A stretch of DNA of 62,238 nt, the filler included, from Bipalium vagum (taxonomy: Eukaryota): assembly GCA_037834085.1 (NCBI GenBank). It is 3 parts of 3 records of this genome, joined end to end, with 100 filler letters (N's around TTAATTAATTAA, not from the genome) between each part and the next. Parts side by side here need not be neighbours in the genome. Positions count along the whole stretch, not along the records: positions 19,226 to 41,531 come from JBBMKC010223896.1; positions 41,632 to 62,238 come from JBBMKC010249604.1; 1 more part is not named here. One strand, written 5' to 3'. The notes beneath the pieces were generated by a model that saw only the letters and a program-made list of their open reading frames with translations, did not search any database and was not told where the DNA came from. The translations under genes and the position numbers were made by a program. Below are positions 36,401 to 47,200 of this stretch, one piece after another; within the stretch, counting starts at the first letter, position 1, and each line of letters opens with the position of its first letter.

Positions 36401-39053
36401 AAAAATTCTGAAACTGTGTAGAAAAAGTTAAAGAAAATTATGATCTATATAGTCTCTTAAAGTTTTGAAGAGAACTTTTAAATTTAAAAAGAAATTTGAT
36501 AAACTGATTCATTATTACAAAGAAATCTTTGTTAAATATTGTTTGAATAATATCACTTAACATAAATTTCGTTCAGTTATAGATTACCTGATGATCCATT
36601 GTTTCTAGTATATGTTTAAGGAAATAAATCGAATATCTAAACATTTCTCTACCGCTTCCTTACGAGTTACTCATAAACAAAATTGTTAAAAATATTTTCC
36701 TTCCAAAATTCTGAAGTTCCGGTTACACTCGGTTTTAAAGATAAATAAGAGTAATCTTAGCTAACTTAGCTTTATAAAAATAATTAAGCTCTTCCTTTAA
36801 AATATAATCAATAATTTGTCAGGAAATTTTTATTATCTTGAACATAGAACTAAAAGATATACTTTGGTTGGTGTACGATTCTCTACAGGATTGATTTTCA
36901 CAATTTTTTACAAAAAACCTCAAAATAATTCCATTCTTAATTATAATAAGTTCGAGACCACATGGTTGCGATTGAACTTTATGTCTTGTCCAACAATACG
37001 AAGGTTATTTGTGTTATAATGATTTCTGCTTTGTGACTTGATCACGTTTGTTTTCGATGTTCTCAAACCAGTGTAAAAGGTAACTCTCAAATAAATAAAA
37101 CAAAGCAGCATTCCAATTAATCCTTTATTAATATAAATTTGGTAGTTTTATTAATGTCAGAGACTCAATGAAAGGGTTGGCATCACAGCTTAGTACTCAA
37201 CTCAGTTCGGGGAATTATATTTTCTTGTCTCAACTGATGAAAATGAAGTAGACGAAATCGTTGATGATGAAGAAATACGTGTTGATTTGTGCAGATATTT
37301 CAACAGAAATTTTTCTTTAAACCTATATTCGTGGATATAAGCGAGTTCAGGTTGATTTGAGATGTCAACAGGTTCATTGATTTGAACAGCGAAAAACGGT
37401 GATTCTCTTATTTTCTCTAGACTTTAGATAAAGTCAAACAATAGAAAGATGTCTACTGATTTTGTTATTAACATCAATTGAAGAGCAATAACAACTTGAA
37501 GAGAATAGCGACATGTGATCAAAATGGCACAAATATACACTACTGTTATGAAATGGGAAGAATCTTCCCTTTTAGCTTTTAACACCAAACAGTATACACA
37601 GTTGCCTAATTTTGTCACTCTTCTCGCGACTCTACATAAAAAAGTGACTCACAAAAATGCAGGTTGAAAACCTTTCATCTAAAGATTTTTAAATTAATTG
37701 ATTTTAAAATCAATTTAAACTCAATCTACGATCTTTGAGTACAAAACAAAAGTTTTTTTAAAAATTCAAGGCCAATTTCGGAAATCTATTCAATCTTGTA
37801 CAAATCAATGTGATACATATCATGACATCATAATTATAATAATGGGAATTTTCTGTTTCCCAGATAAAATCATTGATTATAATCGATAATTATCGATCAC
37901 AAAAATTTCCCTCAATTATAGATCAGATGATCCATTGGTTCAGCAGGATATAATTGTGAAAATTACTGAACCTCCTAACCCTTGTTCTAAAATTTTCTGA
38001 CATACAAGAAAACTTTAAAAGATAATTTCATTCCGAAAAAAATTAGAAGCTACGATTATTCTCACTCTTAGAGCTTACTGATAAGATAAATAAAAAGTAA
38101 ATTTAGATAACGTGTTCAAAACGAATTTCACAGAGAAACAAATTAGAGAATTTATTAAAATAATTAAAGTACAAAAATATTTTTTTTCAGATAATTTTCC
38201 GGGTCCCATTACATCAGTATTTGGTCGAGTGTTTTATAAAAAAACATTTATTTTTATTGTTATTTACTCTTTATTATTTAAAAGAATTTATTCTAAACTT
38301 ACTACTGACTACTTTGGTCGGTGAACGATTGTGTGAAGATTTTCAAATTAATTGATTTTATAATCGAATTATTCTCAACCTCAAATTGTTTATTCAATAA
38401 TAAAGACAAGAGGATTTAGTACGAAAATGGAAATTTTTATAAAATTCAACCACAAATAAAAAAATATGTATTCTGACGGAACCTTATATGATTTATAATA
38501 CATGTCATGACATCATAATTATAAAATTGGAATTCCTGTTTCCTAGACAAAGTTATTGATTATTGAGTGTCAACAGAAATTATTTTCTCATTTTGACAAT
38601 ATTCTATTTGTTCTACTTAGAAGGAGAGCGTTGATTTACTAATATTTCATGAGTTAACTTGATTTTGTCAACATTACAAAATTAGATCTTTTCAGTAGAT
38701 ATATTCACTTTTTCACTGCTTTAATTTAGCTTTTAATCAATAATTTATTAAGAATCATTACTTAACTCCCAAACATATTGATGATAATTTCAGTTGAAAC
38801 TTTTTTAAATAGAAAAATCTTACTTTTGTATATCATGACAAGAATTTGATTTGTTTATCACATCAATATTCGGATTAGAAACTCGGCTTTCATTATTTAC
38901 TTGGTGATTAACGATACTCCTTCGACAACGAGCACTGTCTTCTTTTGAAAGAGAATTGATACTCTTTTCAAAATATCTGATTCGACTAGCAACAGAGTAC
39001 GAATTAATCGATTTATCATTATCCAAATTTTCTTCTGATTTAGCTTTATTCAT
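27407..39053 (-). CDS. Unidentified multi-exon protein-coding gene (low-complexity N-terminus, helical C-terminal region)
   Basis: Phase-compatible GT-AG exons 38824-39053 (ATG, ends phase 2), 35804-36388 (2 to 2) and 33600-33742 (2 to 1). Then 28593-28955 (0 to 0) and a candidate last exon ending at ~27506 (LFHDKLK..FV*). A phase 1-to-0 exon between 33600 and 28955 was not found. No family recognised. Confidence 0.55.
27815..28170 (+). mobile_element. Internally deleted mariner remnant
   Basis: MSEERVDFRHIMLYEFRR start and KKIGYVSTLDVWVPHLL, then directly a TIR-like TTTTGCAATGACCCAA|TA. Confidence 0.7.
29145..29969 (+). mobile_element. maT/DD37-41D-like TIR element, internally deleted
   Basis: Inverted repeats AATTAAGTAACTTTACAACTTTA / TAAAGTTGTAAAGCTACTTAATT. 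HTH-like N-terminus LSVEQWVKTVELKYKFNSPMTIQR and C-terminal SLQDLKQRIIE. Confidence 0.65.
30363..31628 (+). mobile_element. Full-length decayed mariner element
   Basis: TA-flanked TIRs CATGGTGTGACAATA / TATTGTCACACCATG. Motifs MEQR.NIK, GSGRPS, VGDDSWCFQYDPETKRQS, LLHENAP, YPPYLPDLAPAD. Confidence 0.9.
37255..37423 (-). mobile_element. hAT (Buster/ZBED5-like) transposase fragment
   Basis: SLEKIRESPFFAVQINEPVDISNQPELAYIHEYRFKEKFLL resembles the FAxQLDESTD(I/V)SN..L...RY......EEFL motif. Confidence 0.55.
37817..38563 (+). repeat. Pair of ~60-bp imperfect direct repeats (37817-37880 and 38501-38563)
   Basis: TCATGACATCATAATTATAA..GGAATT..CTGTTTCC.AGA.AAA.T.ATTGATTAT occurs twice, ~685 bp apart. 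Confidence 0.7.
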
Positions 39054-41531
39054 TAGAAAAAACAAAGTTTTTATCAGAAAAAAGTTTGTTTCAGGATATG
39101 CAACACAAAATTGAAAAAAATGAAATATTAGATTTCAATTGCCAAACAACATCCATTTGAAAAGCTTATGTCATACTTAGAACGGATTGGTTGATAAAAA
39201 TAGAATTCTGTTATTTGATAGGTTGTGAAATTAATAACAGAAAAGCATGTTCACTTGAGTACGTTAGTATTATTGACTCATGGTGCAGTATATGAATCGG
39301 TGTGCCCATTGTATGTATGTGTGTGTAAACAATCATGTATCTGTGCATGTTGGAATGTGTGTAATATTTAAATTTAAATTGATAATAGGATAATGTGACA
39401 ACAAAAATTAAAAATAAGTCAAATTAATTTTTCATTAATGTTAAAAAAAGCCATTTTCTCAAGTTTAAATCAATAATTAGGTAATAAATAATGTAATAGT
39501 GTCAATAGTTCTCTGGACAGAAACAGTTATCATTCGACACGGTTATTGATAGAAGGTAATTTAATTAAAAAGATAATTTTGAAATAATAATATTTCTTTC
39601 TTTTAGGAGTAAATTTTCTTTTACTGATCAAATTTAAATTATGAAAACTTTATCGAATTTTGATTGATAAAAAAGATAACAGAAACCGAAACTTTCAGTT
39701 AACAGACCAAAGGTAAAGTTCTTTTGTGTTCATATTTTAATGTCATAATGTGAAATTTCATCATTGTGATCGTATTAATTATCTTTTTTAAGAATCTCCA
39801 ACACGAAATCAAATGAAACGAAAAGTTCCAATTAATAACTAGACCAAAAACGTCGGTTGGTGAGAGTTAACATCTTTCACTAGAAATTTGTTTTCAATAT
39901 AAATATTCTGAATTATGAAGCTTTTTTTTATTAGAAAATAGCTTCCTATGGGGCCAGGAAGAATTTCTTGCTTCATTAAAATTGAATTCTTTTAGAGAGG
40001 AACAATATCAGAGTTTATAACAAGGAAAACAAAAGAGTAAAAGTAAGTAAGAGAGTTTGTAATTTTTTTAACAATATGGTCTTGAGCTGGTGATAAATGT
40101 AATGATCTGTTTTGATATAACTGTCGCATTTTCTGTCGATATCCTGAAGAAAAGAAGATGTTACCCGCTGCACATAAATTTCAATCCAGCACGCCAATAG
40201 ATGCAAGATGTCGAAAATTAGTAATTGAGTAGCTGACGGTTTAAATTAAACAACCCGAAATGATACTATTGAAGCACAAAATCTGGGACCAACACTAACG
40301 GGGAATCCTATCTTTCGTACCAGGAGTATCAACCTGCGACAACTCCATACTCAATGATCCAAATTGCCAAACGCAACAGACAGGTCGCAGAGGAGTGGTT
40401 CTATGAAGAGCCAAAGTTACCAGATTTTCAGAAAATAAAAAATATATAAATGTAACAGTTTAATCAGATTTCAGCCTAATCATTTGGTACTTAGAAAACC
40501 AGTGGTTTAAGGATATCTGAAACATTTTAAAATTCATTTCTAAATACAGGACAGCAGATAAATTATGAACAGGATTATATTATTGATTTATCTCATTACA
40601 TTAAATAAAATTAAAAATAAATTATAAAGGAACACGTGTAAGCAGTACCTGTGTCGGAACCCTTATATATTATCAAAAATTATTAATGGTTTTTAACTTC
40701 CAGGAGAATAAAGCTTAATAGTGGCTGAAAAATAATTACTTGAAGAGAGGCATCAATGAATAGAGAACTAAATCTATGGTAGTATTGATGAAAAGTAGAA
40801 AAAACTAAAGAATCTGCGTATATTAAAAGGAGACCTAACAGTTGAAACCCGTATTGTTTATACCAATTATTTTAATCATGATTTTAAATAATGTTATATT
40901 TAATAATGATAAATCTTGTTTTTAAATAAGCATAAATACTTTGATTGTATTGGTTAATTAAGAATAAAATCATAATATTCTGTAAAGAGATAATAATAAT
41001 AATAAAGACAAAGGTTTTCAAAATTATCATCAATTATAAAATACCCTTGAAGCTATGTTACTTAAGAAAATTGGACCTAAACCGTTATTTAACCGATTAA
41101 TAAAGCAGATTTGTAAAAACATTTATTCGTAGCTATAGTAATTATATTTTCAAAAAACATAATATTTGTAAAAAATTCGTATCAATAACCGAGACAAACA
41201 TCGAAAATTCCCCATGTCAATGACAACCATATCTTTGGTTTGAAATAAATCACTGTTTTGGTTTCTTTTTTCGAATATCTGATGATGCTGAGCATAATAA
41301 CAAAGATATTTGTGCGTTCTATTTTAGAAATTGTAAAGGTCTTAAATTTGTTTCGGAACATACATATACTCCAATAATTATCAGTACGATAATAATAATA
41401 CAAATAAAAAAACAACAATTTCACTAAAAAAGAAAACATTTTTATAAAAGTCTGTTGTTTCCAAGTATAATAGCTATCCCGGATATATAAAATAAGAATA
41501 AGAATATGTAAATAGTTGTTTTTAGAATTGT

Positions 41532-41631
41532 NNNNNNNNNNNNNNNNNNNNNNNNNNNNNNNNNNNNNNNNNNNNTTAATTAATTAANNNNNNNNNNNNN
41601 NNNNNNNNNNNNNNNNNNNNNNNNNNNNNNN
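41532..41631. other. Assembly gap with artificial six-frame-stop linker
   Basis: N-run, TTAATTAATTAA (41576-41587), N-run; 100 bp. Confidence 0.95.
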
Positions 41632-41714
41632 TCAAATTCACATAAGCGAACACGTAAAGTCAACCTTCTAACCGTTAAGCTCTTAGTCTTTGCTCCAATT
41701 TAAGAGACTTAACA
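41632..41714 (-). mobile_element. Fragment of the LTR family seen at 31-1034
   Basis: CGAACAC..TAAAG.CAACCTTC.ACCGTTAAG...CTCCAA aligns to positions 112-190. Confidence 0.55.
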
Positions 41715-42919
41715 ATTATATTATGCGAATTCGATTTTTATGGTCATCCGTTTAAAAAATCAATGGGCTCCAATTGTGAGCATTTCAAGAAATATTATTA
41801 TTTAATAACAATTTCTTAGACTACGTGGTACAACCAAACAGTGTGAATGGAAATAAAACTAATTCTCTAAAGACGCAAGCAGGTTACTAACAACACTTAA
41901 CTATCATATGTAAGGAGGTCTGCATTAGACTAACTATAAGTGAAATGAAAATTATTATTATCATTATTTATTATTATTATACCATTCATTCATTGCTTAT
42001 TTTATTTTTATCAATCTTTGTCGTTTTTCTGTTTTAAAAATTGTTGGGTTTACCCAAGACACCCCCGGGGAAATATAACCAAGGAAAATCATAAAAAGAG
42101 TATAGATGCTAAAAATAATAATATTAATAATTAAAATTAATTAACACTTCAAAAAAAATAAAAATTTAAAGATATTTTTTTTGAAAATACTTAGAAAATG
42201 AAACAACCCTCCAAAAGTAATTTTTATTTTTAAAGAAGTTCAAAAAAGATAATTTACAAATATTAATGGTCAACAGAAAATAATTTTTTAGGGAATTCTA
42301 GAGTTTTAATAAAATTTTGAGAATTTTAAGATTAATATTGAGATTATTTCAAGAATAATCTCCAGATGAAGATCAGTTTCAGAAAAGTATATAAGCGGAG
42401 GGATTCTAGCATAATTTCACCTCTTCAGAGAACGTGCGAAATATCTGCGACAGAATATTGTGCTTCGACAGGAGAATCTTTGAAAGAAGAATCTTTATTT
42501 TTGCTACGACTATTTACAGGAGATATAAACTGTAAGATTTTTTCTTTTTGTTTTATCTTATTATTTTAAGTAAACATTAATATTGATTAAATAGTGTATA
42601 AGTAATATTTTGTTTTAATTTGACTTTGAATTAAATATTATATTTTAATTACTTTTTGATATTAAAGTACTTATTATTCTATTAATTCAGTTGATTTTAT
42701 TGTTGTTCGATTATATTTTATTTTGAGAAGTAGTTTGATTGTGAAACATTTCAGACATTAATTGTGATCCCAGATTCTTGATTATTTTTCTGTATTTCTG
42801 TGTATTTTTGTGATTGTGAAATAAATACAAATGTTGCTTTACTGATTGTTATTATTTGCACCACCAAAGAGTTGGAGTCAGGTCTAAATTTTGATACACT
42901 AAATAGTGAACATATTTAT

Positions 42920-42942
42920 TGGTGAGACCGACGTGATTCGAA
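42920..42942 (+). promoter_or_regulatory. Primer-binding site, tRNA-Trp type
   Basis: TGGTGAGACCGACGTGATTCGAA is complementary to TTCGAATCACGTCGGTCTCA-CCA, close to the animal tRNA-Trp 3' end (..AATCACGTCGGGGTCA-CCA). Confidence 0.75.
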
Positions 42943-44088
42943 AATCAGTTGGCAATTGTGAAATTTTGGTGCGTGATTGTGTTTATCGGTTTTTGTTAAA
43001 AGTTTGGTGGTTTTGTTTTGATTTTGTAAGTCCTGAGTGGCATTAGATAAATTTTTGGAACTTTTAGTAAAGTCCGCAGAGGTGTAAAAGTTATTGGTAT
43101 ATTATTAGCGTTTGAGGAAGAAATCAGTTAGTTTTCAGAAACTAGTCTGGCTAGTGGAAAGAAATCAGTTACAGATATTCGAGGAGTTATAACCAGAAGT
43201 TTAACAAAGATAATTAAAGAGAAAGGTATAGAGGAAAATAATTTAGAAATCAAGGAGAATAACCGAGAAGCAACAGTAGAGGATATCAATACAGGTGTTA
43301 AAGAGATAGAAAGAATGGATTACGAATTAGTAAAGTTACCGATTAGAACATTTAATGGGGAACGAACAGAACTTTCAGATTTTATGGCCGAGTATAGGCA
43401 AGTAGCAGAAGCTTTAGGATATGATGAAGCACGGATGATAAGAAGATTACCAATTCATTTAAGTGGAATGGCAAGGAGTGCATATTATGACATAAATGTA
43501 GCAAACAAAAATTGGGCAGAAGTAGTTAAGGAATTGACGAAGAAGCTAATTCCAGGAGACATAGGCAGAGTAAATATGCAAATGTTCCACCAGAGGAAGC
43601 AAGGAGCAGAAGAGCCAGTAGGCGAATACGCATACCAAGTAGAACTATTAGCACAGAGAGAATTCAGACCCAAGAACCAGTGGACCGAAACAATTAAAAA
43701 GATAGTGGAAGATTAGTTTTTCATTGGAATTCTACAACCATTAAGAACAGCGTTAGGATTGAGAGATCATAATGATTTCGAAGAGTTACTGCAAAAGGCA
43801 CGAAAAGCGGAATTGAATATTAAAAGAAACCCAACGATGATTTGTGAAATAGGAGCAATTAGAGGAGACAGCAGTAGGACTAGAAACATAGTGTCGAAGT
43901 GAAATGAGACTAGTGAGCAAATGGTAAAGAAATGTTTTAATTGTCAGAAACCAGGGAATTTAGCGAAGCAATGTCGAGCTAGGAAATTAGAATTTAGTTC
44001 AGGTCCAGGAAGGGATCAGAGGCGGAATACAGATATTGTTTGTCGAAACTGTAATGAAACAGGTCATTTCCCAAAAGAGTGTAAAATA

Positions 44089-44258
44089 TTAGGTTTCCGA
44101 AAAAGTAATTGCGGTTGTATATATAGACTTCTTAATAATTGGCAAAAAATTGTTGATTCTGATGGAAATTATTTGGTTTAATAAAGTTGATTTTTTAAAA
44201 AGTTATGACTTCTTAAAGTATATGGTTATAAACCGCAATTACTCTTTTGGAAACCTAA
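44089..44258 (+). mobile_element. 170-bp mariner deletion derivative (MITE) inserted in Gypsy gag
   Basis: TA-flanked TIRs TTAGGTTTCCGAAAAAGTAATTGCGGTT / AACCGCAATTACTCTTTTGGAAACCTAA (Hsmar1/MADE1-like). The interior encodes the transposase tail WQKIVDSDGNYLV*. Confidence 0.9.
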
Positions 44259-47200
44259 TAATCCGAATCCGTATTTTACTAACATCAAGCTCGAAAACCA
44301 AAAATGAAGAAGATAAAGAGGAGAATACCAACAGCGCCAGTTGGCGCCAAATATCTCAAGATTAATAGGAAATTACCGAAGGTGTCGGTTCGTTACACAT
44401 CATTAATCGGACTGTGTCCAGCAATTTATCCGACATTGGATCCATTTATATACGACGAAATATCAGGAAAGGAGCACGATGCAGATGAAAACCTGGAAGA
44501 GAAACCACAAGACCGTGAACTTGATGAGGAGGAAGTAGCTAGGTTAGGAATTCCAATATATAAGCCTAGGGTAGACATGATTAAAGCAAGTATAGGGGAG
44601 AAACGGAGGGTAGATGACAAAAGTGTAATAAAAGTCAAAAATAATGGAAGAATGGTATCAGCCTTATTAGATAAAGGAGCTACGGTATCAATTATTAATG
44701 ATAAAATTTTAACAGATTACAAGAACAACAATATGCAGCCAGCATCAGGACCCCGAACATTAACAGGGCAAAATTTCGAGTTTCAAGGAAAGGTGGTACG
44801 CGTAATCGAACTAGGAGTCCACAAGATAGAACATGACATGTGAGTAATGACCAATTGTTCATAATCAGAATGGATATTCTATCGTAACTACAAGGAGTAG
44901 CGTTCGATTTAGTCACAAGAAATCTTATTCCAGTTCACGACAGCAGAGGACAAAGACGAGCGGTGAACGATATAGTATTACATGAAAATCTGCTATTACC
45001 AGCGAGAGCAGAGACAGAATGCTTTATTACAGCAGGAATACAAGGAAAGAGAGCGATGCATTTCAAATCAAGCATCGAGTTACGATGGTTACATGGAGCA
45101 GTAGATGAAGTAGTGGAAATCAAAGACGGAAAGATCCCAGTAAGAGTAGTCAATTTTGACGTAAAAGAAAAACAGTTATACACAAAAATGAAGATTGGAC
45201 AATTACAGCCTCTAACAAATGAACTCTATGCAGATTCCATCAATGTATTACGACCAAGTATGATTAAGAAATATAAATCAACAATTACAAGGAGCCCAAA
45301 TTTGACAGAACGACAGCGAGAATATTTGCAAAAAGTAATTTGGAAATTTGACCATGAATTCGCTAAGGATCATTACACTTAGTGTGTACGCATATACTCA
45401 AACACAAAATTATTTTGACAGATTCAGCACCCATTAGACAAAGGGTCTATAGATAACCGTACGCATTAGAAGAAGAAATAAACCAGCAAATTAATGACAT
45501 GTTGAAAGTGGGATCTATTGAGCCAAGTTCCTCACCATGGGCGTCACTCGTAGTAATGGTAAAGAAGAAGGACGGATCAATCAGAATGTGTATTGATTAT
45601 AGGAAGGTTAATGAAGTAACCAGGAAAGACACATATCCTATACCAGTGATAGAAATGATGTTTGATAAAATCAAAAGGTCAAAAATATTTACCGTAATGG
45701 ATTTACAAAAAGGATATAATCAGGTGGCAATGCATGAAGACAGTAAAGAAATCACTGCTTTTGTAACAAGTAAAGACCTATATCAATACAATAAGATGCC
45801 CTTTGGATAAACAGGCGCTCCAGCGATTGATGAACTTGATATTAATGGATGTAGAACATGCAATGATTTACTTAGATGATATAATAATCTTTTCTTTGAA
45901 TGGAGATAAACACATAAAGAACATAGTGGCAGTCTTGCAAAGACTAAAGGTAGTGGGATTAAAAGTAAAGCCAACCAAGTGTGAATGGACAAAAAGTGAA
46001 GTCAAATATGTGTGTCATATAGTATCAGGATCAGGAATTCGACCGGAACCCGAGAATATAAAAAAGCAGCAAATTTTACTTTACCAAAGAATACAAAGGA
46101 AGTCAGAGAATTTATTGGATTAGTGGGATATTATAGGAGATTTATTAAGAATTACGCGAAAATTGCAGCACCGTTGACGATTTATTAAAATAGGAAACAA
46201 AGGCTCTTAAAAGAAAAGTGAAGCGAGAAAAGGTAGTCAATATAATAGAAAACAAGTGAACAAATTGGCGTGGGGAGGGGAACAACAAAAGGCACTTGAA
46301 CAGTTAAAAGAAAAATTAATTAGCGAACAATATTGCGTATCCGGATATGGCAAAACCATTTCTTCTAATGACGGATGCAAGCGGATATGCAGTAGGAGCA
46401 ATTTTAGCACAAGCAGAAGGCGAAAAAGTCCATGTCATAGAATACGCAAGCAGAGGATTGTAGAAGCACGAGATTAACTATGCAACAATAGAAAAAGAAG
46501 CGTTGCCAATAGTGTTTGCCTTCAAAAAGTTTAGACATTACTTGTGGGGGCGGAAAATTACTCTATTTGCAGATCATAGACTGTTACAGTGGTTGTTGAA
46601 AATTAGAGATACTGCAAGTCGACTGATCAGATGGGCTTTGAGATTGCGGTAATATGACATCAAAATTCAGTACTGGAAAGGAAGAGCAAACGCAAACGCG
46701 GATACATTATCAAGGATGAAGCAGGACGAATTAACAAGGGAGGAAACACAGTTGGGGAAGATGATGAAACAATATTAGCAGTAATCTGAGGAGTAAACAC
46801 TAGGGAATTCTAGGGAAGAGGATCAAAGAGAAGATGAGGATATAGTATTGATTAAAGAATGTATGACGGGACAAGTTCCGGAAGATTGGCAAAAGAGTTG
46901 GGAGAAATTAAAAGACAAATTCAAAATTAAAGAAGGCATTTTATATTTTATCAAAGACAAAGAGTTATGCTATGTAGTACCCAGTAAGGACATGGATCCA
47001 ATCATGATACAATATTATGACGGGGCGCTAGGTGGACATCTATCAGCAAGAAAAACGTTATCAAGAATTTTAAGGAAATATTTTTGGCCGAAGATGGAAG
47101 AAAACATTAGGAATTGGTGTCAATCTGTCAGACACGGAAAGGAACAGGAGGAAGAGCAAACGTACGCTCAAACTAATTACGAAATGGCCGGAAGCCTATG

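Noticed and set aside
37234-37260. CTGATGA...GAAA hammerhead-like core (also CTGATGA at 8258 and 33193)
   Set aside because: No pairing for stem II or the flanking stems.
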